In this document: piece by piece, positions 1-8,609 of the stretch
Numbering within the stretch: the stretch's first letter is position 1
How the letters are laid out: every line of letters starts with the position of its first letter
IMG/VR virus record: IMGVR_UViG_3300012163_000004
Span: 1 to 37,408 of that record
Strand: one strand, 5' to 3'
Source: a virus
Lineage: Duplodnaviria; Caudoviricetes
DNA length: 37,408 bases
Made by a program: the position numbers and the translations under genes
The notes under the pieces: model-generated
The model's input: the letters and a program-made list of their open reading frames with translations, nothing else
Databases searched by the model: none
What the model was told of the DNA's origin: nothing

Positions 1-1
1 C

Positions 2-514
2 CGGTCGATCCCGCCGATCGCCATCCCCGGCGAGCACTCGCAGGAGCGCAGCGCCATCCTCGCGAAACTTTCCGAGATCCTCGGCGACAAGCGGCCGGGA
101 CACCGGGTGTCCATGATGTTCGTTGATTCCGCGTACGGCGCCCCCTACGTTGAGCGACTCCGTACACGCTTCGACAACATTCAAGAGGTCAACTTCGGGG
201 CGCCGTCTCCCGACCGCCACCAGGCGAACATGCGCGCGTACATGTGGGAGCGGATGAAAACGTGGCTCGAGCGAGGCGCGATCCCGGCGGATGACGTGGT
301 CCTTGAGACGGACCTGACCGCGCCTGGCTCGCACCTGAACCGCTCGGACCAGCTTGTGATCGAGGCGAAGGAGTCGATGGCGAAGCGCGGCGTGGCATCG
401 CCCGACCGCGGTGACGCGCTGGCGTTGACGTTCGCCGCCCACGTGCCGCCGGTAAGTGCGGAGGAGCGGGAGGGCGGGCGGTACGGCGGCGGCGCAGGAA
501 GTTGGATGGGGTGA
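2..514 (+). CDS. terL: Terminase large subunit, C-terminal nuclease part (5'-truncated)
   Basis: Frame is open from position 2. Motifs FVDSAYGAPYVERL, EVNFG, ANMRAYMW and EAKESMAKRGVASPDRGDALALTFA are typical TerL C-termini. Lies upstream of the portal. Confidence 0.9.
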   Translation, partial: RSIPPIAIPGEHSQERSAILAKLSEILGDKRPGHRVSMMFVDSAYGAPYVERLRTRFDNIQEVNFGAPSPDRHQANMRAYMWERMKTWLERGAIPADDVVLETDLTAPGSHLNRSDQLVIEAKESMAKRGVASPDRGDALALTFAAHVPPVSAEEREGGRYGGGAGSWMG

Positions 515-517
515 AAA

Positions 518-778
518 ATGGCACAGCGATACTACGAAGGCAAAAATCCCGGCTTGGACGCCACGAAGGCTTGGCGCGAAATGGTCCTCGTGTTCCTCCC
601 GGAAAAGGACTTCGTTGAGGATCAACTGGCGAGCATCCTGAACGAAGTCGCCCACTTTCCGAACGGCCGCATTCCGCCGGACGTCGGGCAGGCCGTAGTG
701 GACTACCTGAACTACTGCGACGGGGCCGGACCCGAGCCCGAGTGGCACTCGCTGCTCATGGACAACCCGCAGGGATAA
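518..778 (+). CDS. Hypothetical protein (86 aa)
   Basis: ATG 3 nt after the terL stop with a GGGGTG RBS-like sequence; in operon. Confidence 0.7.
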   Translation: MAQRYYEGKNPGLDATKAWREMVLVFLPEKDFVEDQLASILNEVAHFPNGRIPPDVGQAVVDYLNYCDGAGPEPEWHSLLMDNPQG

Positions 779-961
779 ATGGACAACCTGACCGTCCGCG
801 AACTCGAACGCATCGAGGGCCGCTTCGATGCGTTCGTCGAGTGGCTGGATCGAACGCTCGAGGGCGACAGCTACGACGCGGCCGCGGCGCGCGAAGGGAT
901 CGAACTCATCACGGGCGACATCCGGCGGCTGATCGAACAGGCGAGGGCGCAATGCCGTTGA
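779..961 (+). CDS. Hypothetical protein (60 aa)
   Basis: ATG directly follows the previous TAA; overlaps the next gene. Confidence 0.65.
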   Translation: MDNLTVRELERIEGRFDAFVEWLDRTLEGDSYDAAAAREGIELITGDIRRLIEQARAQCR

Positions 962-1119
962 AACCAGGCGCGTCGAAAGCGGTCGTCGCCCAGAACATCA
1001 AGGCTGAACGGGCGGCCGGCAAAAGCCAGAAGCAGGCCGTCGCCATCGCGCTCGACACCGCAGGCAAGACCAAGCGAAAGCCGAAGCGATCGCTCGGAGA
1101 CATGATGGATGGCGCGTAA
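952..1119 (+). CDS. Small basic phage protein (MPLKPGASKAVVAQNIKAE...QAVAIAL type), 55 aa
   Basis: Internal ATG at 952 after GAGGG. The MPLK.G.S...NI..E...G...QAVAIA pattern recurs near terL/portal genes in phages. Confidence 0.75.
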   Translation: MPLKPGASKAVVAQNIKAERAAGKSQKQAVAIALDTAGKTKRKPKRSLGDMMDGA

Positions 1120-3265
1120 GACCTCCGACGACGAACTCGTAGCGACCTGCAAGGCGCGACTGAAGCTCGCGCAGACCGCCGAGCAGGAGATCCGCGCCGA
1201 GGCCCTGATCGACCTGCAATTCGCCGCGGGCCAGCAGTGGGACACCGAAGACGAGCAGCGCCGCAACTCGGTCGGGCAGGGCGGCAAGCGGCCGTGCCTC
1301 ACGTTCAATAAACTCACCGGGCCGCTGAACATGGTGGCAAACGAAGTCCGGATGAACAAACCGGGCCTCGAGGCGCTGCCGGTGGACTCGAGCGGAGACG
1401 CCGACACCGCCGCGGTCATCGAGGGGATGCTGCGCCACATCGCGCACGCCTCGCAGGCCGAACAGGTGTACGCCACGGTGATCGAACAGACGACGAAGGG
1501 CGCGATCGGCGCGTTCAAGATCGTCACGAAGTATTGCAGCAACAAGACGTTCGACCAGGAGCTGCGAATCGAGCGCATCACCAACCCGTTCAGCGTCTTT
1601 ATGGACCCGTTCGCCCAGCAGGCCGACAAGTCGGATGCGACGTGGGCCGTCGAACTCGAGTGGCTCTCCCGTGAGGAATACGCCTCTGAGTTTGGAGACT
1701 CCGAAGTCAACAAGGCGAACTTCTACGCCGGCGGCGTGAACCCGGCGCCCGAGTGGATAGGCAAGGAGGGCGTACAAATCGCCCGGTACTGGTACGTCGA
1801 GATCGAGGAAAAGAAGCTCATCGGCATCCACTGGCCGGATGGCAGGAAAACGGCGGTGTACGAGGACGAGTTGGCCGGCGAGCTGCCGTTGGGCATTGAG
1901 TTCGCGACCGACGAGGACGGCAAGCGCATCGAACGCATGGACAAGATCCGGCACGTCCGGATGTGCCGCATCAACGGAGTCGAGATCCTCGACAGAACGG
2001 AGTGGAAGGGGCAGTACATCCCGATATTGCTCGTGAGCGGCGAGGAGATGTACATCGAGTCCAAGCGGCATGTGTTCTCGCTGATCCGGTTTGCCCGCGA
2101 CCCGCAGAAGCTCTATAACTTCTACCGCAGCTCCGAGGCCGAGACGGTGATGCTCGGAACGAAGGCCCCGTGGGTCGGAGTGAAAGGCATCTTCAAAGAT
2201 ACGCGCTGGGCGACCGCGAACACCATCCCGTGGGCCTTCCTCGAGTACGAGCCGCTCGACATCGCCGGCAACCCGGCGCCGCCTCCCCAGCGCAACCTGG
2301 CAGAGCCCCCGATTCAGGCCCTCTCGATTGGCGCGGCGCAGGCGAGTGACGACATCAAGGCCACGACCAACATTTACGACGCCTCGCTCGGCCAGATGAG
2401 CAACGAGACGTCAGGCGTGGCGATCCGGCAACGGCAGAGCCAGGGCGGGCTCTCCAATTTCCACTTCATCGACAATTTGAACCGCGCGATCTTGCACGCC
2501 GGAAACATCCTGGTCGATCTGATCCCAAAGATCTACGACACCGCCCGAGAAGTCCGGATCCTCGGCGAGGACATGCAGGAGAAGATCGTCAAGGTCAACC
2601 AGCAGCACGTGGACGAGAACCAGTTCCCGCGCCTGTACGATCTGACGGCCGCCAAATACGACGTGAGGTTGAAAGTTGGGCCGAACTGGAAAACCGATCA
2701 GGAAAAAGCGAGCGAGATGCTCACGCAGCTCGCGCAGGCGTATCCACCGCTCATGCAGGTTGCGGGCGACATCATCTTCGAGAATTTGAATTTCAAGGGC
2801 GCTGACAAGATCGCCGAACGCCTCAAGCGCACGCTGCCGCCGGCATTGCAGGAGCAGCCCGACGTCAAGCCGCAGCAGCTTCTCGCCCAGCAGAACCAGC
2901 AGATGGCGATGCAGATCGACGAGATGACGCAGCAGCTTCAGAAACTCACCGAGGAGCTGCGGACCAAGCAACTCGAGATCGAGTCCGAAGAGCGGATGAA
3001 CCAGGCGAAGATCGAATCGTCCGACCGCCAGGCCGCGCTCAAGGCGCAGGTTGAGCTGGTGACGAGCGAGGCCAAGCTGACGTCGGCGGAAAACATCAAT
3101 CTGCTACGTGAGGAACTCGCCATGCTGAAAGCGCAGATCGCAGCCATGGCGACAGGGGAAGCCGCGGAGCAGTCTGTCGGACCCGCTCCCGGCGAGCCGG
3201 CGGCGGGGGTAACATTTGAGCCCCCGCCAGCCGCCGCGGAAACCCGCGGCAACAACGACCTATGA
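1109..3265 (+). CDS. Portal protein, P22 gp1-like
   Basis: 718 aa with DLQFAAGQQW, RPCLTFNK, YIPI, RFARDPQKLYNFY and NETSGVAI motifs and a Q-rich C-terminal coiled-coil barrel; follows terL. Confidence 0.93.
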   Translation: MARKTSDDELVATCKARLKLAQTAEQEIRAEALIDLQFAAGQQWDTEDEQRRNSVGQGGKRPCLTFNKLTGPLNMVANEVRMNKPGLEALPVDSSGDADTAAVIEGMLRHIAHASQAEQVYATVIEQTTKGAIGAFKIVTKYCSNKTFDQELRIERITNPFSVFMDPFAQQADKSDATWAVELEWLSREEYASEFGDSEVNKANFYAGGVNPAPEWIGKEGVQIARYWYVEIEEKKLIGIHWPDGRKTAVYEDELAGELPLGIEFATDEDGKRIERMDKIRHVRMCRINGVEILDRTEWKGQYIPILLVSGEEMYIESKRHVFSLIRFARDPQKLYNFYRSSEAETVMLGTKAPWVGVKGIFKDTRWATANTIPWAFLEYEPLDIAGNPAPPPQRNLAEPPIQALSIGAAQASDDIKATTNIYDASLGQMSNETSGVAIRQRQSQGGLSNFHFIDNLNRAILHAGNILVDLIPKIYDTAREVRILGEDMQEKIVKVNQQHVDENQFPRLYDLTAAKYDVRLKVGPNWKTDQEKASEMLTQLAQAYPPLMQVAGDIIFENLNFKGADKIAERLKRTLPPALQEQPDVKPQQLLAQQNQQMAMQIDEMTQQLQKLTEELRTKQLEIESEERMNQAKIESSDRQAALKAQVELVTSEAKLTSAENINLLREELAMLKAQIAAMATGEAAEQSVGPAPGEPAAGVTFEPPPAAAETRGNNDL

Positions 3266-4173
3266 CAGCAGAAGAAACGCCGCAACCGGATAGTACGCCC
3301 GAACCGGCGGAATCGAACGCGCCCCAGGACTTCAAGGGGTATGTGAAATTCCGCAAAACGGGTGAGCTGCCGGAAGCGACGGAGCCCGAACAACCTGCGG
3401 CCGCGGAGGAGACTCCGGCCAAAACCGAACCGCAATCAGGCGCGGATGACACGCAGCAACCGGAAGAAGAGGAAGAGAACGAAGAGGAGTTGACCGCCTC
3501 GCAGAAGCGAAGACGCCGGCGGGTAGACCGGCTGGCCGCAGAGAACGAGCAGCTCAGACGGCAGCTCGCCGCGGTCCAGCAGCCGCAGCAGCCGCCGGCG
3601 AAAGCGGAGCCGCCCGCTGGAAAGCCTCGTCTCGAGAATTTCGAAACGCTCGAGGGCTACCAGGAAGCGCTTACCGACTGGAACATCACCCAGCGGGAAG
3701 TGAAACGCCAAGCAGACGCGGACGCGAAGGCGACACAGGAAGCAGAACAGAAGCTCCAGACCGAGTGGGCCTCGAGACAGAACACGGCGCGCAAAGTGCA
3801 CCGGGACTACGACGACGTGATCAATAAGGTCACGGCGCCGGAAGGGCCGGGGGTTGCCGCAGCTCGCCAGGCGATGCTCGAGGACGACGCCGGCGCGGAG
3901 ATCCTGTACTACCTCGCCACGCACACCGAAGATCTCAAGCGCATAGCCGCATTGACACCCATTGCGGCGGTGCGGGAGATCGGCCGGCTTTCCGCCACTC
4001 TTTCCCCTTCGAACGGCGCTGCAAACGGCAAACAGCGTTTTACATCCGCGCCACCGCCGCCGCCGCCGAACACCCGGCCCGCCAAAGCCGTATCGGATTC
4101 GATATTCGATCCGGCCGTGCAGGCCGACTTTAAGCGATGGTCGAAAGCGAGGGCAGCAATGAAGGAAAAGTGA
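3262..4173 (+). CDS. Scaffolding protein
   Basis: Lies between portal and coat. Acidic disordered N-terminus, coiled coil, KP.LE.F...E.Y.EAL.DW motif, GAEILYYLA..., and a Pro-rich C-terminus. Confidence 0.85.
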   Translation: MTAEETPQPDSTPEPAESNAPQDFKGYVKFRKTGELPEATEPEQPAAAEETPAKTEPQSGADDTQQPEEEEENEEELTASQKRRRRRVDRLAAENEQLRRQLAAVQQPQQPPAKAEPPAGKPRLENFETLEGYQEALTDWNITQREVKRQADADAKATQEAEQKLQTEWASRQNTARKVHRDYDDVINKVTAPEGPGVAAARQAMLEDDAGAEILYYLATHTEDLKRIAALTPIAAVREIGRLSATLSPSNGAANGKQRFTSAPPPPPPNTRPAKAVSDSIFDPAVQADFKRWSKARAAMKEK

Positions 4174-4174
4174 A

Positions 4175-5386
4175 GTGCCGAATACGCTTCTCACCGCACA
4201 GGTGATCACCAATGAACTCCTGTTGCGCTTCAAAAACTCCCTCGGGTTCTCGGGCGCCATCGCCCATACCTGGGACGACAAATTCGCGGTCGAAGGCGCG
4301 AAGATCGGCGACACGCTTCGTCTTCGCGATGCCGCCCGATTCACCGTGGCCAAAGGCCGGGTCATCACCCCGCAGGACGTCATCGAAGGATCGAAGACCC
4401 TCACACTGAACCAGCAGGCCAACGTCTCGTTCCAGTTCTCGTCCGCGGAACTGACGCTGACGATCGACGCCTTCCGCGACCGCTACCTGGACTCGGCGGC
4501 CGTCGCGCTCGCCAACCAGGTCGACGTGGACGGACTGCTCATGGCGTATCAGTCCACGGCCAACGCGATCGGGACACCCGGCTCGCCGCTGACGATGCTC
4601 GACGCCGCATGGCAGGCGGGCGAGGTGCTCGACCTCAACTCGACGCCGATGGACGGCCGGCGCACGATGGTCATCAGCCCGAAGGTCCAGACGCTGACGC
4701 TGAAGGCCGCGCAGGGGCTCTTCCAGAGTTCGACGCAGGTAAAGAACCAGTACGAGCGCGGGCGCATGGGCACGATGGGGGGGTTCGAATGGGTGATGGA
4801 TCAGAACACGCCGGTCCATACCGTAGGTCCGCTCGGTGGCGCTCCGCAGGTCGGCGCGGCATCGCAGATCGGCTCGACCCTGAACGTCACGGGCTTTACC
4901 GCCGCCGCGGCGTTGCGCTTGCGGAAGGGCGACCTCTTCACGTTGCCGACCGTGTTCGCGGTCAACCCGGTGTCTGGCGCGATCGGCTCAGACTTGCAGA
5001 AGTTCGTGGTCACGGCCGACACCTCGAGCGATGCCGCGGGCCTCGCCAGTATCCCGATCTACCCGCCGATCGTTGTCAGTGGCGCGACCAGGACGGTGAG
5101 CAACTCGCCGGCCGCGGGCGCGCCGCTCACGATCATCGGCACGGCCAACCAGCTCACGGCGCAGTCGATCGCGTTCCACGAAAGCGCCTTCGTCATCGGC
5201 ATGGCTCCCTTGGTGATGCCCAAGGGTATCCACTTCGGCGCGTCCCAGATGGACCCGGACAGCGGTGTGTCGATCCGTATGGTGTCCGATTACGACATCA
5301 TGAACGACCTCTTTATCACGAGGTGCGACGTTTTGTACGGGCATGCTGCCCAGAGACCCGAATGGGCCGTTCGATTGGAGAGCTAA
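4175..5386 (+). CDS. Major capsid protein, P22 coat (gp5) family
   Basis: MPNTLLT..IT.E.L, GAKIGDTLRLR, LANQVD and C-terminal RCDVLYG...RPEWAVR motifs; insertion domain present. Confidence 0.93.
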   Translation: MPNTLLTAQVITNELLLRFKNSLGFSGAIAHTWDDKFAVEGAKIGDTLRLRDAARFTVAKGRVITPQDVIEGSKTLTLNQQANVSFQFSSAELTLTIDAFRDRYLDSAAVALANQVDVDGLLMAYQSTANAIGTPGSPLTMLDAAWQAGEVLDLNSTPMDGRRTMVISPKVQTLTLKAAQGLFQSSTQVKNQYERGRMGTMGGFEWVMDQNTPVHTVGPLGGAPQVGAASQIGSTLNVTGFTAAAALRLRKGDLFTLPTVFAVNPVSGAIGSDLQKFVVTADTSSDAAGLASIPIYPPIVVSGATRTVSNSPAAGAPLTIIGTANQLTAQSIAFHESAFVIGMAPLVMPKGIHFGASQMDPDSGVSIRMVSDYDIMNDLFITRCDVLYGHAAQRPEWAVRLES

Positions 5387-5390
5387 AGCC

Positions 5391-6086
5391 ATGGCAAACG
5401 ACAAACAGAACGAAACAAAGCGCGAGAACGAGCGGCGCGAAGCCGAGCGACTGCGGGCCGAGGCGCGCCCGGCCGACGAGCCCAAGGACCGCGACCCGCG
5501 CGACGAGGGCGTGGAGCGCGGCTACGCCAACCGCCATACCGAAGCGACGGAGCCTGGCCGGATCCGGCGCCAGGAGATTCCACCGGAGATCGAGGGCGAT
5601 CCCGAAGAGGTGGAGCGGGAAGCCGACAGGCGGCGCGAGGAAGGCGTGGAGCGGGGGTACGCCAACCGCCACGCCCAAGTGGCCGGCCTGGAAGTGGGCG
5701 AGCTGCCGCCGCTCCCGCCGTTCACCCGGCCGCGGACGACGGCCGAGCCGGAAGGCGGCTACGAGGCGGGATACCCGAAGGTCTACTTCTCGGTCTACGA
5801 CCGCGTGCCGCCGATCGTGGTGAAAACCCCGAATGAGGAATCGGCGATCGACAAGGCCAACTTCATGACGATCCCGCCCGAGGAAGTTGACCCGGCATTG
5901 ACGGACGCGAAGATGCGGGCCGAATGGCGGGTGGGCGACCGCGCCGCGGAGCGCGACTTGTCGAAGCAGGGGAGCCAATCGGCCTTCTCGCCCGTGCCAG
6001 GAGAGTCGGAACGGCGCGACCGCTCGAAGGAAGAACTGGACCGCCTGAAGAAGGAACAGGACGAGCGGGCTTCCAGGACACGCTGA
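5391..6086 (+). CDS. Capsid-adjacent protein, highly charged, with a YP-motif domain
   Basis: ATG 4 nt after the coat stop. EGVERGYANRH occurs twice. Contains GYPKVYF...PPIVVKTPNEESAI. Confidence 0.7.
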   Translation: MANDKQNETKRENERREAERLRAEARPADEPKDRDPRDEGVERGYANRHTEATEPGRIRRQEIPPEIEGDPEEVEREADRRREEGVERGYANRHAQVAGLEVGELPPLPPFTRPRTTAEPEGGYEAGYPKVYFSVYDRVPPIVVKTPNEESAIDKANFMTIPPEEVDPALTDAKMRAEWRVGDRAAERDLSKQGSQSAFSPVPGESERRDRSKEELDRLKKEQDERASRTR

Positions 6087-6087
6087 C

Positions 6088-6528
6088 ATGCCGAAACGAG
6101 CCGAGGGATACCCGCAACTCTGGGGCAACGTCAATTCCCCGCCAGTGCTGATCCACCAGCCCGAGCAGGCGCAGGACCTCGGCTCGGCCTGGCGGCGGAT
6201 CGACCTGACGCCGTTTCTGCCCCAACGGCCGCCGACCGAACCGCTGCCGGATGTTCCGCCCGTCTCGATCAGCCCGACGAGCGCGGCGCCCGCGGCCGCC
6301 GGCGGCTCGGCCAGCTTTGCCGTCATCATGACCGGGCCCGGCGAGTCCGGCACGTGGACGGTGGATAAGGACGCCGTCGCCGACTGGCTCACGGTCACCT
6401 CGCCGACGACCCCGCAAGTCGCGGACGGCCAGGTGATGTACACGGTGGCCACCAACGAGGGCGCCGAACGAAGCGCCCGCATGTACGTCAACGGCAAGAC
6501 CTTCACGGTCACGCAAGCAGGCGTATGA
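6088..6528 (+). CDS. Putative head decoration protein with a C-terminal BACON (Ig-like) domain
   Basis: SISPTSA..AAAGGSASFAV...WTV....DWLTVTS......G.V.YTVA.N.G.ERSA...VNGKTFTVTQAG matches the BACON pattern. The N-terminus carries the YP motif. Confidence 0.8.
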   Translation: MPKRAEGYPQLWGNVNSPPVLIHQPEQAQDLGSAWRRIDLTPFLPQRPPTEPLPDVPPVSISPTSAAPAAAGGSASFAVIMTGPGESGTWTVDKDAVADWLTVTSPTTPQVADGQVMYTVATNEGAERSARMYVNGKTFTVTQAGV

Positions 6529-6797
6529 CGCCCTCCGAAGACTACCCGCGAATGATGTTTCACCGCACGCTGCCGTGGGTGATCGTTCAGTCGCGGGACG
6601 AAGAAGACGCGCTCGGGTCCGACTGGGCGCGCACCGTCTGGCCGGCGGGTGAAGATCCGCCGGCCGAACCCGTTCCGGCTCCCGCACCGGAACCCGCGCC
6701 GGCAGTCGCAATGGCGGCCGCGCAAAAGAAGCCAGCGCGCGGACGTGCGAGCGGCCCGCACGGCCGCACTTCAGAGGGTCAGAATGCCAACGGTTAG
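6525..6797 (+). CDS. Small capsid-adjacent protein (YP-motif domain plus Pro/Ala/Lys tail)
   Basis: DYPRMMFH...VIVQSRDEEDALGSDW; ATGA overlap with the previous gene. Confidence 0.75.
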   Translation: MTPSEDYPRMMFHRTLPWVIVQSRDEEDALGSDWARTVWPAGEDPPAEPVPAPAPEPAPAVAMAAAQKKPARGRASGPHGRTSEGQNANG

Positions 6798-7449
6798 CGA
6801 ATTGATCCACTCGAGCTTCCGGTTGATCGGCGCGATCGCGGCCGCCGAAACCCTCGAGACAAACGAACTGAACGACGCCTTCGTCTCGCTCAACCAGATG
6901 CTCGCGAGCTGGAACACAGAAGGCGCTTCGCTCGCGGCGCGGAAGCGTTTAACAGTTCCGCTCACCGCCGGCGGGTCTAACAGCTATGCGCTTCCCGAGC
7001 GGCCGCTGCATATCGAATCGGCGTCGGTTTCCTCGGCCTCGGGCGCGATCGACTCAGAACTCGAGATCGTGGATTCTACCGGCTGGGAAGCGATTCCGGA
7101 GAAGCTGGCGCAGTCGGTCTATGTGCGGAAGCTGTTCTGCGACTACGCATATCCGAACTCCACCGTGTACATCGCGCCGGTCCCGCGGCTTGCCGGCACG
7201 CTCGAGCTTTGGATCTACGCCACGGTGGCGCAGTTCGCGTCAGTCTCGGCGTCGATCGACCTTCCGCCGGGCTACGAGATCGCCCTCCGCTACAACTTCG
7301 CGATTGCGCTCCTACCGGAATACCCTCGCTCGCAGGGCGATCCCTCTCTGCCGGCGCAGGCGCAAATGTTCAAGGCGGCGATCGTGCAGTTGAACGCATC
7401 GAACCACATGCGGTCGAGGCCGGTGCCGATACCGGCCCCCGCGGCATAG
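6784..7449 (+). CDS. Head-to-tail adaptor (P22 gp4-like), copy 1
   Basis: Starts MPTVSELIHSSFRLIG...DAFVSLNQMLASW; C-terminal LPPGYEIALRYNFAIALLPEY. Likely start at ATG 6784 after GAGGG. Confidence 0.8.
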   Translation: MPTVSELIHSSFRLIGAIAAAETLETNELNDAFVSLNQMLASWNTEGASLAARKRLTVPLTAGGSNSYALPERPLHIESASVSSASGAIDSELEIVDSTGWEAIPEKLAQSVYVRKLFCDYAYPNSTVYIAPVPRLAGTLELWIYATVAQFASVSASIDLPPGYEIALRYNFAIALLPEYPRSQGDPSLPAQAQMFKAAIVQLNASNHMRSRPVPIPAPAA

Positions 7450-7458
7450 GACAACCAT

Positions 7459-8607
7459 ATGGCAGCGCTAGAGGTCGGGCAAGCACTACTCTATCCAGCG
7501 CTCCGAAAGGCCGGCGTGACGCTCGCGCCGGGCCGCGGGCCGTCGCCGGCGCAGTTCGCCGACGCGCTGGGCGAAGTCAACCGGCTCCTGGGTTCACTCA
7601 GCATCGACCGGTACTTCGTGTACGCGCAGGACATCCTGACGCTACCGCTCGAATCGGGGAAGACAACCTACACGATCGGAATCGATCCTTCGGGCGCCCT
7701 GCCGGCGGCTGATTTCCTGATCGCCGCGCCGAAGGAGATCACCTATGCCAACTACATCTTGGGCGCCCAACGAGAGCCCCTGGCAGTCCTGACGCCGCAA
7801 CAATGGGCTTCGATCAGCAATCAGGACGTGGCAGCGACCCTCATGTACTACGACCACGGCTATCCGATCGCGAAGATTTACCTGTGCGGCCAGCCGGCGG
7901 GCGGCCAGCTCGAGCTGTACGTCTGGCATGTCATTCCCGCGATCGCCGCCACCGCCGACGTTGTAGTGCTGGCTCCTGAATACGAAGACGTGATTGTGCT
8001 CAACCTGGCCTGCCGCCTGGCGCCGCAGTTTGGGCGTCCGGTAGATCCGGATGTGCGCCAGCAGGCGCGGGAATCGCTGATGCATCTGCGTTCGATCAAC
8101 GCGCCGCAGCCGATCGCCGATCTCTCCTGGGGGCCGGGTGGCTGGGGAGACTACGGCGGCGGCGGGGCGCTCATTATCGGCGGCGGCGGCGGCGGCGGCG
8201 AGGTCGGTCCTCCCGGCCCTCCTGGGCCGCAGGGGCCTCCGGGCCCAGGCGCAGCAGCGACGTTCGGACTCACGATCGACGGCGCCAGCTCGACGGTAAC
8301 GACGGGCGTCAAGGGCTACATCAGCATCCCGTTCGCGGCCACGATTACCGGCTGGGATATCGTCGCCGACCAGGCCGGCAGTATCACGATCGCAGTCGCC
8401 AAGAAGGCGGGCGCGCCGCCGAACACGACGACCGACACGATCAGCTCGGGCTCGCCGATCGCGCTTTCGGCCGCGCAAATCGTGCAAAACGGCCCGATCA
8501 GCGGATGGACGACTGCGGTGGCGCCCGGTGACGTGATCGGGTTCAACGTGACGTCCGCGTCGACGGTGACGCGGGTGACGGTGACGGTGCGGATGACGAA
8601 GGTCTAG
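7459..8607 (+). CDS. Head-to-tail adaptor paralog fused to a Gly-rich/collagen-like linker and a C-terminal beta domain
   Basis: ALRKAGV...FADALGEVNRLLGSL and LAPEYEDVIVLNLACRLAPQFG parallel the previous gene; followed by GGGGGGG, GPPGPPGPQGPPGPG and a ~115-aa beta-rich domain. Confidence 0.75.
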   Translation: MAALEVGQALLYPALRKAGVTLAPGRGPSPAQFADALGEVNRLLGSLSIDRYFVYAQDILTLPLESGKTTYTIGIDPSGALPAADFLIAAPKEITYANYILGAQREPLAVLTPQQWASISNQDVAATLMYYDHGYPIAKIYLCGQPAGGQLELYVWHVIPAIAATADVVVLAPEYEDVIVLNLACRLAPQFGRPVDPDVRQQARESLMHLRSINAPQPIADLSWGPGGWGDYGGGGALIIGGGGGGGEVGPPGPPGPQGPPGPGAAATFGLTIDGASSTVTTGVKGYISIPFAATITGWDIVADQAGSITIAVAKKAGAPPNTTTDTISSGSPIALSAAQIVQNGPISGWTTAVAPGDVIGFNVTSASTVTRVTVTVRMTKV

Positions 8608-8609
8608 GC

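Noticed and set aside
4609-6810. Long alternative-frame ORFs (4609-5823 +, 5316-6761 -, 5863-6810 -)
   Set aside because: Arg/Gly/Pro-rich shadow translations overlapping well-supported structural genes.
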